A DNA stretch of 63,999 bases, filler included, from Octopus bimaculoides (lineage: Eukaryota), in NCBI RefSeq assembly GCF_001194135.2. It is 6 parts of 6 records of this genome, joined end to end, with 100 filler letters (N's around TTAATTAATTAA, not from the genome) between each part and the next. Parts side by side here need not be neighbours in the genome. Positions count along the whole stretch, not along the records: positions 43,384 to 54,730 come from NC_068986.1; positions 54,831 to 61,823 come from NC_068981.1; positions 61,924 to 63,999 come from NC_068990.1; 3 more parts are not named here. One strand, given 5' to 3'. Positions 50,792-63,999 of this stretch are shown piece after piece. Position 1 is the first letter of the stretch. Each line of letters opens with the position of its first letter. Made by a program: the position numbers and the translations under genes. A model generated the notes under the pieces. It did no database searches. It had not been told where the DNA came from and saw only the letters and a list, made by a program, of their open reading frames with translations.

Positions 50792-50872
50792 CAACAACAA
50801 ATACAACATAAAAAATACCTCAGGAATGAGAACCCAGGTTCGAAATTTCCCCAAAACAACTGATGAAGGCTG
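50423..50872. mobile_element. Palindromic tRNA-head/microsatellite/HHR element, copy 4
   Basis: HHR arm, spacer shared with copy 3, forward tRNA-like head 50667-50738, (AAT)n, truncated reverse HHR arm. Confidence 0.85.
50518..50563 (-). ncRNA. Minimal type I hammerhead ribozyme, intact core
   Basis: Minus strand: GACAC CTGATGA A GGCTG GAGGGTATAT CAGCC GAA ACGT T GTGTT; stem I GACAC/GTGTT, stem II GGCTG/CAGCC, palindromic stem III ACGT. Confidence 0.8.
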
Positions 50873-51936
50873 AAAATATATTCTGTATATTCTAAACATT
50901 TGATTACTTCTTTTTGTGCACTAATTTCCATTTTATTGAAGTTATATTTATATTTCGTTCATTATTCAAACACGTAAATCTTACTGTTTTATTTCTTATT
51001 TATTAAACCAACTAAATGGATTTTTGATTATTTATTTTATGAGTAAACAACGGAGATTATTTTAGCTTATTTTGATATTTATATTTGAGTTATATTTTAA
51101 ATTATAAATTTAATTAATTCTGAACTTACAATTTTATGTAGTTATCAGAATTTAGAAATAAAAAAAGGAATAGATTCAATACATGGAATAGATTCAATTA
51201 TAAATAAAATATTCTTTAAAATAGTTTCTAATCAAATGAAAACCTACCACAAGAAACCTTCTGCGTCTCTTGTTTATCTAATGGTAAATTTCTTAGAAAA
51301 TTGTAGAACTCAGAAACTCAAGGATAATATACAAATTTCTTAGAAAAACAAAAAAATAATGGAAATGGGTTTTCTAAATCTATTCTGCGATTAAAATTGA
51401 ATATTAATTCTATGATGTTTCACAGGCATTTTTTTAAAAACCAATATTTTTATTCACTCTGTCTTCAAGGTGAATGTTGATACGTTAACGAATCATAAGT
51501 GATGTTTGTGTTTTAAAGAAGTCTAAAATAAAACAGCTTTTCTTTATAGCCCAGAAACAAATCAATAATATTAGTGAGGACAGAAACCTAAAAACGGAAA
51601 TTCATTAGATTTTCTTCACACATTTGGTGTAATAAATTAAAAATAATTACCTGCGACTTGTCTACTGTAGCAAGCGAAGCACTTGTTTTATTAGGCTCAA
51701 CATAATTTTGTGAAAAGATTTTGTCCGTTCTGACAGCAATAAAAGCCAAGTATTAGAATAAGTTATTTTTTTCTGAAAAAAACATTATAGCTGTTATTTG
51801 TTCATAAATACAATGTAACAATTTTCTTCCCTCGTATGGGTATTGTCTGTGAGGAATTTCGATGTTCATGTTTTGTTTTCAATATATATCTTTATGGATT
51901 ATGGGTGTAATTTAGGTAATAAATTTTCTTCGTATA

Positions 51937-51979
<43 letters not shown>

Positions 51980-52149
51980 NNNNNNNNNNTATATATATAT
52001 ACATATACATGCATAATTTCACACACACACGCACACATATTTATGACTCTATGTATGGGATACTGTTTCTTTGTATTAGTACAAATGTGTATTGTTTTAA
52101 ATACATATCATTAATGATTTTAATTAAAAATGTTTATTGATAAGTTTTG

Positions 52150-53700
52150 TTAATTTTTGCGAAGTTATACTGAATTTGAAAAGTAAAGGCAGAGCTTCTC
52201 AAATATTGCGTCGGAAACAGAGAACAATAGACAAGTGAAGTTTCATTATGTTCTGTGTTTCAACGTACTGATATCTGAGACTCTCAAGAAATATTCAACT
52301 GACGAATGTCTTTTATGGTTTACACGCATGCTTCTCTTGTATATCTCAAGAATGATAAAGACTATAAATTAGATACAAAACAAACCGTTTGGAGGTAGCT
52401 GTGAAAACGTAAATGTTAGAAAAGAATGAAAAAGAAAGTGTTATTAGATCAAGATTCAGCATGAAGAATTAGTTCTGTAGATGCCTTATTACTTTTCTGA
52501 ATGTGAAAATGAAGTTGTTTATTATTGGAGAAAAGTTGGTCAGATCTGCCGCAATAGCAATGAAAGGAAGTCATCACGCAATTGCCTTTAGTGTCTTTGT
52601 CTGCGAATGTTTGTGAGATTCTATAGAAAACCTAAGACAAAAATTAATGAATTATGAATTATAAGAGAGCAAGGATTTTAGTGGCAATTCAAAAAGATGT
52701 CGTATCTCTGTAACATTGGTTTTGGCATAGGTGAAGAAGAAAACGAGTCGAATTCTCGTGAAATTGATATCTTTTAGAACGTTGATGTATATTTACAAAC
52801 TTTAAGCAATAATTTCGGTCGGAAATTCAGGCTACACGTGACTGAGATAGTTTTATAGTTTTATCCACAAATAATATCGATAAGTTCTGGGCTCTCAGAA
52901 ATGAATTTAAAAATTTAAAACTTTTCTCAGGAGAAAAAATACAACAAAGCAATGCTTTTGTAACGACATTAAGTCCATTTGACTGGTATATTCCTAATAT
53001 TTTGCCGATAATTCGACATAAAAATGCATTCAATGAGAAGTTACAAGGAACATACTGTAGTTTAATTCTAGTAAGAGAATAGATCTTCATATTTGTATCA
53101 GACCTTCTATGCAAGAAAAAGAAAGTCTTTCAATAGAAGACCGATATTCTAAAACTTGCAAAGTTGTTAAATAACGGTGAAGGTAACAAACTTGGTGACA
53201 TCAAGGAATAAGTTACAAGGAATTATATAGAATATAAAAAGCAGTTTCCTGCTTACGTTTCACGGCTTCATTCGTAAAGTGTCAGATGATCTGTAAATTC
53301 ATTTAATTGTAAAAATTGCTGACATTCAAGAAGAGCCTAAAGGAATGGCAACGACACTTCTTGAACTTCATTACAATGTTGAAGCGTCCTTTATATAGAT
53401 CTGAATCAGCAACATCTCTCATGATAAAGGTGTAAAAGCTTTCAGATATCCGCATAGAGAAGCCACAAAAGTACTGCTGCTTTTACAAAAGCGTACATTA
53501 AGTAAAACGGATTTCCTACAATTGTGAGCTTTAAAACAAAGTATAGAAATCGATCGGCTAGTAGAAACAGAATCAAAATTGCACTGACATACAAAAGCTT
53601 TAAGCTCCATGCCGATATATAGCGTATTTCATAGCTTACAAAACGCATATTCCCTTCCACGGCCAATCTTTCAAAAAGTAACCCTTGGTGCTAAATAGAG
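52150..53700 (+). mobile_element. Heavily decayed hAT (Buster/Charlie-type) transposase relic
   Basis: Fragments IGEKLVRSAAIAM, DKFWALRNEFK and ATKVLL..GFPTIVSFKTKYRNR..IALT resemble the hAT dimerisation region; many stops and frameshifts. Confidence 0.6.
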
Positions 53701-56700
53701 AATTAGGCCTATCGTAAGCTTTAATGCACTAAAAACATATTTTTCCTTGAAATTGCGCTGCTGAAATTAGGGTGCGTCTAATGTGCCCCTGTTTCGTTAT
53801 AAGCCATCTAATAGAGTGTATAAAAACTCATGCCGCATCAATTTTCTAATATCAAAACTGCTGTGTTTATGTCACCATTTTGGCTCTTCCCTCTATATTA
53901 ATTCTTATGAAAAGTAATAGGTCGAGTGGAATACAAACAATTGACATATACTTCATGTCAAAAGTTACCTTTTTCTTTATAGTAATGTTTGATTATATAT
54001 ATAAAAAAAAAAGAAGTAGAATTATAATTGAAACACAGAAGACAAGTTTCAAGTTTGTGACAACAAAACTTCCTGCTTTTGGTGTCAATAAAAATGAAGC
54101 ACAGTTATTTCTCAGAAAAATTTATCTAAAATATTTCAGTAAGACAACTGCATATTTATTTATTTATTTATTTTTGTGTCAATGATTTTTATATCACACC
54201 ATATTAGCATGGTTTGAATTTTCAAAAGACTTCTTGATATTAACGCAATTCGCGCGTAGAAGAGACACATTAGTCTTTCAAGAACACGCCAAGGCTTGGA
54301 GAAGAAGACCTGGAGAAGAACAGAGGCAAGGTGATGAGCAGAGTAACCAGTCTAACGCAGAAATGAATCGAAAGAAAGCTAAGCTTGAAACATCTGACAG
54401 GGTTGGAAAGTACCCACTCCCATTCAATCATCTTTTTTTCTGCCTGACTGACAGTTTTGAGGAAAGGATACGTTCCACAAGTGAAGCGCTGTATGTGCAG
54501 TTAGCAGCAACGGCAATGCTGCTAGCAGTACTAACCGCAGCAACAGCAGTAGAGCAAGCAGCAGTAGCAGCAGCAGTGTTGATAATATTTTTGTAAACAG
54601 ATTTATTGTTTTTTAATAACTTACAACTTTGTTGTTGTTGTTGTAGTTATAGATGTTTCTTCTTCTTCTTCTTCTTCTTTTTCTTCTTCTTCTTCTTCTT
54701 CTTCTTCTTCTTCTTCTTCTTCTTCTTCTTNNNNNNNNNNNNNNNNNNNNNNNNNNNNNNNNNNNNNNNNNNNNTTAATTAATTAANNNNNNNNNNNNNN
54801 NNNNNNNNNNNNNNNNNNNNNNNNNNNNNNTGTGTGTGTGTGTGTATGACGTAGTGGAAGGAATTAGTAGCAGGACTGGTTAGTGGACGCTATAGACAGT
54901 GTAGGTAGAAGGTCAACAGGTGGTTATTTGAGTGTGTGTGTGTTCGTGTTTGTGTGGGGTTGTAGGTGTTAGGTACGTGTACGTGTGTGTTTGTATTTTG
55001 TATGTGCCCGTGTGTGTATGTGTATGTTTTCTGTACGTGCGTGTGTGTTTGTGTGTATGTGTATGTTGTGTGTATGTGCGTTGCTGTGTACGTGTGTGTG
55101 CGTGCGTTTGCTATTGTATATGCGTGTGTTGTTTATGCCCATGTGTGTGTGATTGTATGCGTGTCTGTGTGAGTGTGTAGTGTTGGTGNNNNNNNNNNNN
55201 NNNNNNNNNNNNNNNNNNNNNNNNNNNNNNNNNNNNNNNNNNNNNNNNNNNNNNNNNNNNNNNNNNNNNNNNNNNNNNNNNNNNNNNNNNNNNNNNNNNN
55301 NNNNNNNNNNNNNNNNNNNNNNNNNNNNNNNNNNNNNNNNNNNNNNNNNNNNNNNNNNNNNNNNNNNNNNNNNNNNNNNNNNNNNNNNNNNNNNNNNNNN
55401 NNNNNNNNNNNNNNNNNNNNNNNNNNNNNNNNNNNNNNNNNNNNNNNNNNNNNNNNNNNNNNNNNNNNNNNNNNNNNNNNNNNGTGTGTGTGTGTGTGTA
55501 TGTTTGCGTGATTGTTAGCGTGTGTGTGTATGCGCAAGTGGGCGTGTGTATGTGCGTTTGTACAAGTGTGTGGGCGAGTCTGAGCGTGTGAGTGCATGCA
55601 TATGCGTTGTGTGTGTGTGGTATGTTGAGGGTAGGTGTGCTTACATGTGTGTGTATGGGTGCGTGTATTTTTTGTGTGTGGGTATGTGTGCGTGTAGGTA
55701 GGGGTGAGATAAAAAGTGGAAAAAAGTAAAACGTTCCAAAACTGGTTCTGTAGCACAGCAGCATATGGCTGCACACGGTTGCGTGTGCAGTGAGAACTAA
55801 AAGACTATCCTCTTCATATACATAGCCGTTTTTGTTTATAGTCATTGAGTGGACTAGGTTGCCGTATTTCAAATTAAAACTCATTTTCATTTCCAAATTT
55901 AAATCATCAATAACCAAAAATTTATTAAATTTTTTTTCCTGATATGGTATGTATATGTAGGCGGCCAACTGCCGAAAACCGCAATGCGTCTTATGCGTAC
56001 ATTTACCAATTAGTTAACAGTTGTACCTATAATGCATGCAACATGAAATGAATTGATGATAAATATCAATCACGTTTTCGCTTGCAATGAAACGATGAAG
56101 TTCTACTGGTTTGGAAGCGATTGATGGTTTTAGAAATAGTGAGGTTTCTTGGGAAATACGAATGCTTTTATTGAATCAATATTAGTATTGGTCAAATTTC
56201 CCTCTGTTTAGCAAATTACTTGCTATATATTCAAGCAACAAAAAAGTATGAAGAGCAACAAACTTTAGGTGTTTTAGAAAATGATATTTATTATTTTACG
56301 CTTATTCGATAATACAATAAAGAAATAAAGACCTTTCGATGCATATGTATTTAATTCTTACAATAATTGCAATTTTATTCTTATAGCAATCTATATCGTA
56401 TATTCAATAATATTTGAACATAAGTATATGCATGCATGCACCACCATCCACCACCTATATAGTCATCGATATTTATGTGTTGTGTTGTGTGTGTGTATGT
56501 GTGTGTATTTGCATTCACGCTTACTTAGGAGACAAATAGATTGAACACACTCACTCTCTCTCTCTCTGTACATACACCCACAAACAAACACACATACGTA
56601 TAGTATACTCTTCTTTGAAGGTATGCTTTTATAAAAAAGGACTCCATCAGGTGAGAAATATATATTATTTAATAAACACAGAATATATTTTTATAAGCTA

Positions 56701-57244
56701 ATAGTTTTATGCGATGAAAACGACTCGTACAGTATTTTTTTAAAGACGTCGGTTGCAGCCACGTAATTCTGAACCGCTGCCCAAATGGGATAACAATCTA
56801 AAGCAGGACGAACGAATAAGAGCAAATTTGAGAAGAGCGTAGAGGTTCAAAACACCGGAAATCCAAGATAAAAAGAAAGAAAGAAATGAGAATTAAAGTT
56901 ATGTCCCCTTCAACCATAAAGCCATAAACATGAATGGGTAGGGGCCTAGAGTTTGCAGTACTGCTGGTTAACCCGGAGAGTGTGGTATTTTCCAACTCGC
57001 CAGAACGAACTTAGCCATGTTTACATCTACTGAAAATTTCATTCCTTGAATTCAACAGTCCGGTGGAGATCATAGATCTGAAAAGTATTTGTGATACTTG
57101 AGTTACACATAGTTTACATTTTTTGATCATCTGACATGTAGTGTACATTTTTCAAATATCTTCCTCTTGAATGCATGTGGTGTGGCGTTAGAATTCAAGC
57201 CCCATGCGTAACTTGCCAACTTAGTAGCTTCACTGCTGTTCCAG

Positions 57245-57600
57245 TGTCGAAAGGAAGATATGTCATTCGCAGAGCCATTTTCGAAGTCGTCTTCTCATAT
57301 TGCAATGTAGGTCTTCGGTAATGTTATCATCTAACGTTGCGGTAACTTCTCCCTCATATATGACGGATTTAGTCATGCACCTCTGGTCGAGTGGACGGAA
57401 ATGTTTTTCTTGATAGTTACAACTGGAAGTAGGTCCTCGGTGTTGATTGTGTGTAATGATACTCTTCATATTGGGGCCTCAACCATATTGTTATTTGACT
57501 CAGCGCTTTTGAGTATTTTTGTGTTCCCGCGATTTACGGGAAAATGTTTTAACAATAGAACATTAAGGAAACTAAAATGGGTGGCAACCGAATTATTCTA
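57245..57600 (-). mobile_element. Penelope-like linker/GIY-YIG fragment
   Basis: NMKSIITHN..SCNYQEKHFRPLDQRCMTKSVIYEGEV resembles the CNC...CPLD..CLT..VIY.A.V motif. Confidence 0.65.
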
Positions 57601-57989
57601 AGGATATTGTTAGGCCTATTTTTGTTTTTCGTATTATTACTATGCGTATAATACTTTCGTATTATTGTAAATTAATTCATAATTAAAACCACTATTGGCT
57701 TAGGCATGGTTGTAGTAGGAAGCTTTCACCCTTTACCTGTTTCACTCTTTGGATTTTGGCCTTGTTAGGGCAGAGCATAGATACGTTCAGGCGACGAATT
57801 TTAGTTCTAGCACCTATTCTCTCTGGATCGTTTTCCTGAAATACAAATTTACTGGAACATAAAGAGACAAGTAGAGAATGGGCACAGACACAAAGACACA
57901 CACAGTCTCTCTCACTCTCTTCCTTTTTCTTTTTCTTTCTTTCTTTTTTTCTTTCTTTCTTTCTTTCTTTCTTTCTTTCNNNNNNNNNN

Positions 57990-58028
<39 letters not shown>

Positions 58029-61000
58029 TGTTTCACTCTCTCTCCCACACACACACGCACACACGCACATTCTCATATAGAAACACACTTACACAGAGGT
58101 ATGTACGATGGGCCTGTTTGAGTTTCTGTCTACCTAGTCTATCTACTTAATCTCTCTACAGTGCTTTGGTTGGCATTTATCTACAGTTCTTTGGTTGGCA
58201 TTTATCTACAATACTTTGGTAATTTTTGTCTGCCTAATCTATCCACAATGTTTTTATTGGCATGGGCCTATAGTGGAAGGAAGTAACAAATATTGCACGG
58301 GGAAAAGACACACGGAAATCTACACACAAACGTATCCAGAAGGACTGGAACTTAATTTATGATAGCTCTGACAGAGACACATTGACTACTACAATGTTAA
58401 GCAAATATAAAAAAACGTATTTAAAATATTATTTGGGAGACGGGGATTAGAATTGTCCTGATTTATGGAAACCCTTTTTGAGTAGTAAATATTTTTTTTA
58501 AATGAATGAATTTGCGACCTTTGCAATTGTTTAGCTTTATTGGTGCTAAGCACTGATCAATCAGGAATGGTGTTTCATTGTTTGCAGGATAGATTGTATT
58601 CGAGGCAACAAATGGATATTTGATGAAGAAGACAGTTGTCACTGTTCAAAGACGGCATAATCACGGATTGAAATACATTCAACTAAATTCGTATCATGTT
58701 CCTCATTAATTTTGCGAACGACAATAATATGGACACGATTGGCTTAAACTCATTTGATGTTCATATCTGTAATTATACTACCCATGATAGTTTGAATAGC
58801 GTTATCGAAATGTACGATACAGAATGATAATCTTGTAAACTGGAATAAGCAACAGCTAGTTTATTATGCATGGGATCTCATACTTGTGAACCCAAAACTC
58901 ATGGAGTGTTACTTTTTGGTTACAGGTTAATGCAGAACTGATTCTGGGTAATAGAACGCACGAGATATTTCAAATTATTAAATGGTTAGGCCTGCTGAAA
59001 CTAGTGGGAAAATTTCTGTAAATAGTCACGACAAGGAGTCCATTGTAAAATGTTACGACTTCCATTTACGTGTATAATGTAGGACTCAATAATATCATCA
59101 TTAATTCATATTTTTCTCTTCCTTAACAATCATACCAAGTCGAGAAGAGCGATAATATAACTATTCCGAAATTATTTCACAAGTCGTACATAGCTTAAAA
59201 TGTCACTGATACGAGAACATATCAATCGTCATGAAGGCCTTTCAAGGATTCTCGAAATTTAAATATAAGGGATTCATGATGTTTATGACAGATTTGTCCA
59301 AAAATTATAAGCTGACGCAGCTTAAAGAAAACATTTCGGTGGACCTTTCTCACACCCAAAACAAGTTTGTAATTTAGATAAATGGAGAAACTATGTAAAT
59401 AGATTGTGTTGCTGATAATTCGATAGCATTCCGGAACTGAGCGATTATTGCAATCATCCACATCTATGATGCTCGAATTAAATAAAAGACTATGCTTGTA
59501 AGCATATATAAAATAGACCCTTTTTCAAGTGTATTTCCTTGATGTACTTTTGGTGCCGTTATGGCTGTGGAAGACCATATTGGGTCCATTTCATAGATAC
59601 GTCAAAGATAAACCGTTTTCAAGTGTATGATAAACCGATTTCAAGCATTAGTAATTCTGGTACGTTTTGTTTTTATTGAACAGAGCGATAATGCTACAAG
59701 CGCCAACTTTAATAGCATGTTTAATGTGGAGAGGACTCTATTGATGTTCCGGTTCTAGGTCGAGCACTGAGACAGATGGATTGTAGTAAGCATGAACATC
59801 ATTTCAACAGTAACAGAAATATCACTTATCTATTCTCAATGCTATGAACATTTTCCCCATTTTCATTAAAGTCAGTGTTATTCCTGGATAATACGGAATC
59901 CCATATATAAAACCTTAGGAATAGAATGAAAATCTTTGTGACAGTAAATGGATTCTCCAAAGAATTGTGTTCTGTTGTTTGATCGAAATACTATTGAAAG
60001 TGTAATCGCATGTTTGAGTGTATATAATTTGAATATGCAACACAAATTTAATGATGTGAGGTTTAACTCAGTAGAGCAGGTGTTTGTTGATTAGTCGTGC
60101 TTGGAAAGAAAAAAGTTAGTAGTGTATACAGGAAGTTATTGTTCCGTTCCCTCCGGAAGCATTTGTCATGCGTTTAAATTTGATCGCTTTGCGAAATCCA
60201 ATTCTTTTCGCATTTTAACGTTTCGACGGCATAGATAGTTTCGAAGAAAAAACATTTTCCGGGAATCAAATATTTGTATTACGACTAAAAAGTTTTTACG
60301 TATACTATTGACAGCACAAGTGTAAACATGTGTTTTTATGGAAATTACTTACTCTAACCTTCATTTATATCACAATTCAAATGCCAGGCAATTGACAGTG
60401 GTACTTTTACAAGAGTAAATATTAGCGGTCTCACAAATAATCCCTGTACTGGTCATATTTAGAAGAGCATGAGAAAATATAGACAACTATGTCCTGTTTT
60501 CTACTCTTCTGTAAAGCTTTATTGGCTACAGCACACATTCTACACCACCAACATCCAATCACTATGCGAAAACCAACCTTTGCGCTTGTTATGTAACTTA
60601 GAAATTATGGTATAGAGATAAAATAAAATTTTTAGTATAGCAGAAACTAATTTTGGTACGAGTTTTAACAGCGTAATTAATATCCCACGATCTCGATTGA
60701 CAAAGTGTGAGGTCAGAATATGTATCCCGATAATGTCGAACCAAACATGTTATTTATATACTAAGGACGGTGTAAATAAACATTTTATACTTTAGACTGT
60801 TTCAACGGTGTGTCTAGATAAACAAAACGCGTCATTTATGTACCTATCGACTTTCTATCTGGCATTTGACGCAGTGAGCAAACCGAGCCAATGTTTCCAT
60901 TTGAATTGAAAAACATGATCTTTAGTTTCGGTCATTCATGCTTATAAATTAAAAAAAAAATTGTTCATTAAGCAGTAAAGAAAATTTCAGTGCGATGAAA

Positions 61001-61923
61001 TTGAATATTTTATTTTAACTTTTCAGTTCAACTTGAATACATTTTTTTTCTTTAAGGCAACAAGGAAGTAAATAACTCAATGTAGGTCGGTTGGAATGCT
61101 TGCAACACAATAGACGTCGCTCAATTCCCCCTTGATTCTAATTCATCGTGTTAAACAAACCTCATCTGATACACTAGTTCACAGCCAATCCATTTCCATT
61201 CACATAGAGGACTATGTGATGCCTGCTATCGAAAGCATCGCTTCTCGGCAACCAATCTGAGATTTCATGATTACAGAATGAATTTCTTAATGATGCGTTA
61301 AATAAGGAAAATGAGCTACTGCCGCATTCTACTAAGTAACTTGGAAAGGAAATTATATAGAATTAGAAATATTAACTGATTTAAGCTGCTATAACAATGA
61401 TGATAAAAATAATATCAATTTCCATATTTTTTTTATAAAACTGATCGAACCAAAATGAAAATCTATGTAGGCAATGTGAATTAACAAACTGTGGAAAAAA
61501 GAAATCCTTCAAAGGGGTGTGTTAAACATCCAATTCAATGGTATGTCAGTTGGATACCATATAAATATTGGTATAATTCAAATATAACGATAAATTAAAC
61601 ATAGATATATATTATCCACAATCCAATAATTTATGTATATTATAATATTACATTAATTACCATGAATATAATATAACATAATATTATGTAACATAAAAAA
61701 TTATAAAAACCATAAAAGGCCAACAAATTGGTTCGATTTATATACTGTTTCGTTGTTATACCATTCTTAATAGCGTATGAGTTGTTGATGATTGTGATCA
61801 TGTAGTTATATATATATATATATNNNNNNNNNNNNNNNNNNNNNNNNNNNNNNNNNNNNNNNNNNNNTTAATTAATTAANNNNNNNNNNNNNNNNNNNNN
61901 NNNNNNNNNNNNNNNNNNNNNNN

Positions 61924-62022
61924 AGAACTGTTTTATTCAGTTTGGCGATGTTGCTAAGAATTATGTTGGCGTCTTTTGTTCTCTTTTTATTGAGGAGCCA
62001 TCGGGGAGATTCGTCTAGGAAA
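61924..62022 (-). CDS. Internal exon of an SLC22-family organic cation/anion transporter
   Basis: FLDESPRWLLNKKRTKDANIILSNIAKLNKTV is the ESPRWL..A..IL..IAK.N signature; acceptor TTTGCAAG at 62023; runs into scaffold join. Confidence 0.85.
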
Positions 62023-62749
62023 CTTGCAAATAGAAAACGGAAAGTACAACCACACACACTCACATATATATATATGTACACACTCACATATATATATGTA
62101 CACACTCACAAACATACACACATACAGACAGACAGTTTGGTAGATAGATAGACATTTGTTCATGCTGCCATACACTGAGACTGAACCCAGAACCATGTAG
62201 TTGGGAAGCAAACATCTTACCGCACAGTCACGCCTGCACCTATGATGTCAATAAAGATGTTTAAAAGTCAGGTGAAGCCTGTATTTAAAGCTTCTTAAAT
62301 TACCCGTCTCTAAACATCGAATGCTTTTGCCCCAAAAGAAGTAATCTTCATAATTGGATTCAAACTAAAGTACAAATGTTAGATCAGAGTTTTCCTTCCC
62401 CCAGAGAGATATCTAAACAAAGACTAAGGGTTCCTCACCCCCAGCTGTCCTTTGACGTGTTTTGTTTTTCATCCTGGACGGTGTCCGACATAAACACCCA
62501 CCCCACCTCCACCCTCCTTCCCAAGCGAGCTTGTTAAGGTTGCAAGTTTAGTGGCCACCAGCCTATGTGACAGGTTGTACATACATGCACACATGAGCGC
62601 GCGCGCGCATACACGCACAGAGAAATCCATCCATCTATCCATACATCCCNNNNNNNNNNNNNNNNNNNNNNNNNNNNNNNNNNNNNNNNNNNNNNNNNNN
62701 NNNNNNNNNNNNNNNNNNNNNNNNNNNNNNNNNNNNNNNNNNNNNNNNN

Positions 62750-63768
62750 CCGACAATTATTGGTACTACTGCTACCTTTTCCATCGACCACAACTGCTTT
62801 ACTTCCCAAGCTAACGTGTCATATCTCTCGACTTTTCTTTCTTCCTTATCGCATACCTTGTTGTCAGCTGGACATGCTATGTCTATGATCCAGCATAGTT
62901 TGCTTTCTTTTTGAATTAAGACTATGTCCGGCTTCCTATTCCCTATCTCATGGTCGCACTGAATCATAAAATTCCATAGGATCTTTGCATTTCTATTTTT
63001 GACGATGCCTTCAGGTTTGTGGTCATACCGATTTTTTGCTCTGTCAAGTCCATACTTGTTGCAAAGTGTCCAATGGACATGCCTGGCTATATTGTCGTGG
63101 CGTCTTTTATATTCTTTTTGGGTTAGTGGCGTACATTGGCTGGTAATATGCCATACGGTTTCACCGTTTTGTCCACAGATTCTGCACGTATCACTTTCTG
63201 ATGTGTTGTCTATTCTGTATTTTATGTAGTTTGTTCTTAGTGCTTGCTCTTGGGCAGTACAGATTAGAGCCTCCATTTCCGGTTTTAGATCACTTTTAGT
63301 CACCCACAGCCATCTTATTTCTCTGTCTGTCTTATCTTCAGCATCCCTATGAAATTGACCATGCATTCTTTTCTTTACCCACCTATTTTCAGTTTCATTC
63401 GTTTTCACTTTCTTGTACAGTTCTTTATCTTTGCAATCTTTCATCCTACACAAGCCTGACCTTCTTACTTCTAATAATAGCGGTTCTGTGGTATTTTTTA
63501 TATACCATGCTATGTTGTTTTCTTCTGCTCTAATGTTGTGTTCGCATCCACTAAGTCCTCTTCCCCCTCTTTTTCTTGGTACATACAGTTTGTCTGTGTC
63601 ACTTTTTTGGTGGAATGAACCATATCTAGTTAGCAACTTCCTTGTCCTTCTGTCTAAGTTGTTTAGTTCGTCTACTGTCCATGCGATTACCCCTGCTTCA
63701 TATCTAAGGAGTGAAACTGCCCAAGTGTTGATAACTTCGATCTTATTCTGTCCAATCTTGCCAGCCTC

Positions 63769-63770
<2 letters not shown>
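62750..63770 (-). mobile_element. Dong/R4-clade LINE 3' portion (end of RT, zinc knuckle, RLE endonuclease)
   Basis: Open frame of about 340 aa: DKLYVPRKRGGRGL, QEQALRTNY, CRIC..ETVWHITSQC, RRHD, KPDIV..IIDIACPAD. Confidence 0.9.
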
Positions 63771-63803
<33 letters not shown>

Positions 63804-63999
63804 CCTCACCACTATTTGTCAACCGATGTTGGCATGTTTAAAGCACAAGTGAGCAATAGATTAAATTCCAGGCTTTATAGAAAAACAATAACTATTGGAA
63901 TTGTTCGCTCAAGTAGAATTCTTCAAGCAATGCCCCAGCATGACCACAGTCTAATGACTGAAATCAGTAAAAGATAAAAGATAAAGGATATTTATGGCT

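Noticed and set aside
48106-50872. Repeated palindromic units as a CRISPR-like array
   Set aside because: Eukaryotic context, long irregular units, no unique spacers, no cas genes.
55111-55968. His/Thr-rich 285-aa ORF
   Set aside because: Translation of degenerate (CA)n/(TG)n sequence plus a gap.

Overview
Eukaryotic, intron-rich, microsatellite-dense DNA; the repeat landscape suggests an octopod cephalopod (inference). Five artificial 100-bp scaffold joins (44 N + TTAATTAATTAA + 44 N) split it into six segments. One complete gene can be rebuilt by hand: minus-strand UTP4/CIRH1A, 18 GT-AG coding exons, 684 aa, 731-12302. There are also isolated exons of an ACSF2-like acyl-CoA synthetase and an SLC22 transporter. 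The rest is mostly decayed mobile DNA: a near full-length Penelope-like element with inverted pLTRs, other Penelope fragments, Dong/R4, CRE-like, RTE and L1/Tx1 LINE pieces, a hAT/Buster relic and tRNA-derived SINEs. The most interesting signal is hammerhead ribozymes (HHR). A repeat present four times joins a tRNA-like Pol III head, a microsatellite and a minimal type I HHR, arranged as a head-to-head palindrome; one HHR copy is intact (50518-50563). A second HHR family sits at 43514-43574, and the Penelope pLTR carries a U3-A8 compensatory HHR-like core. All structures were read by eye; no folding or database search was run.
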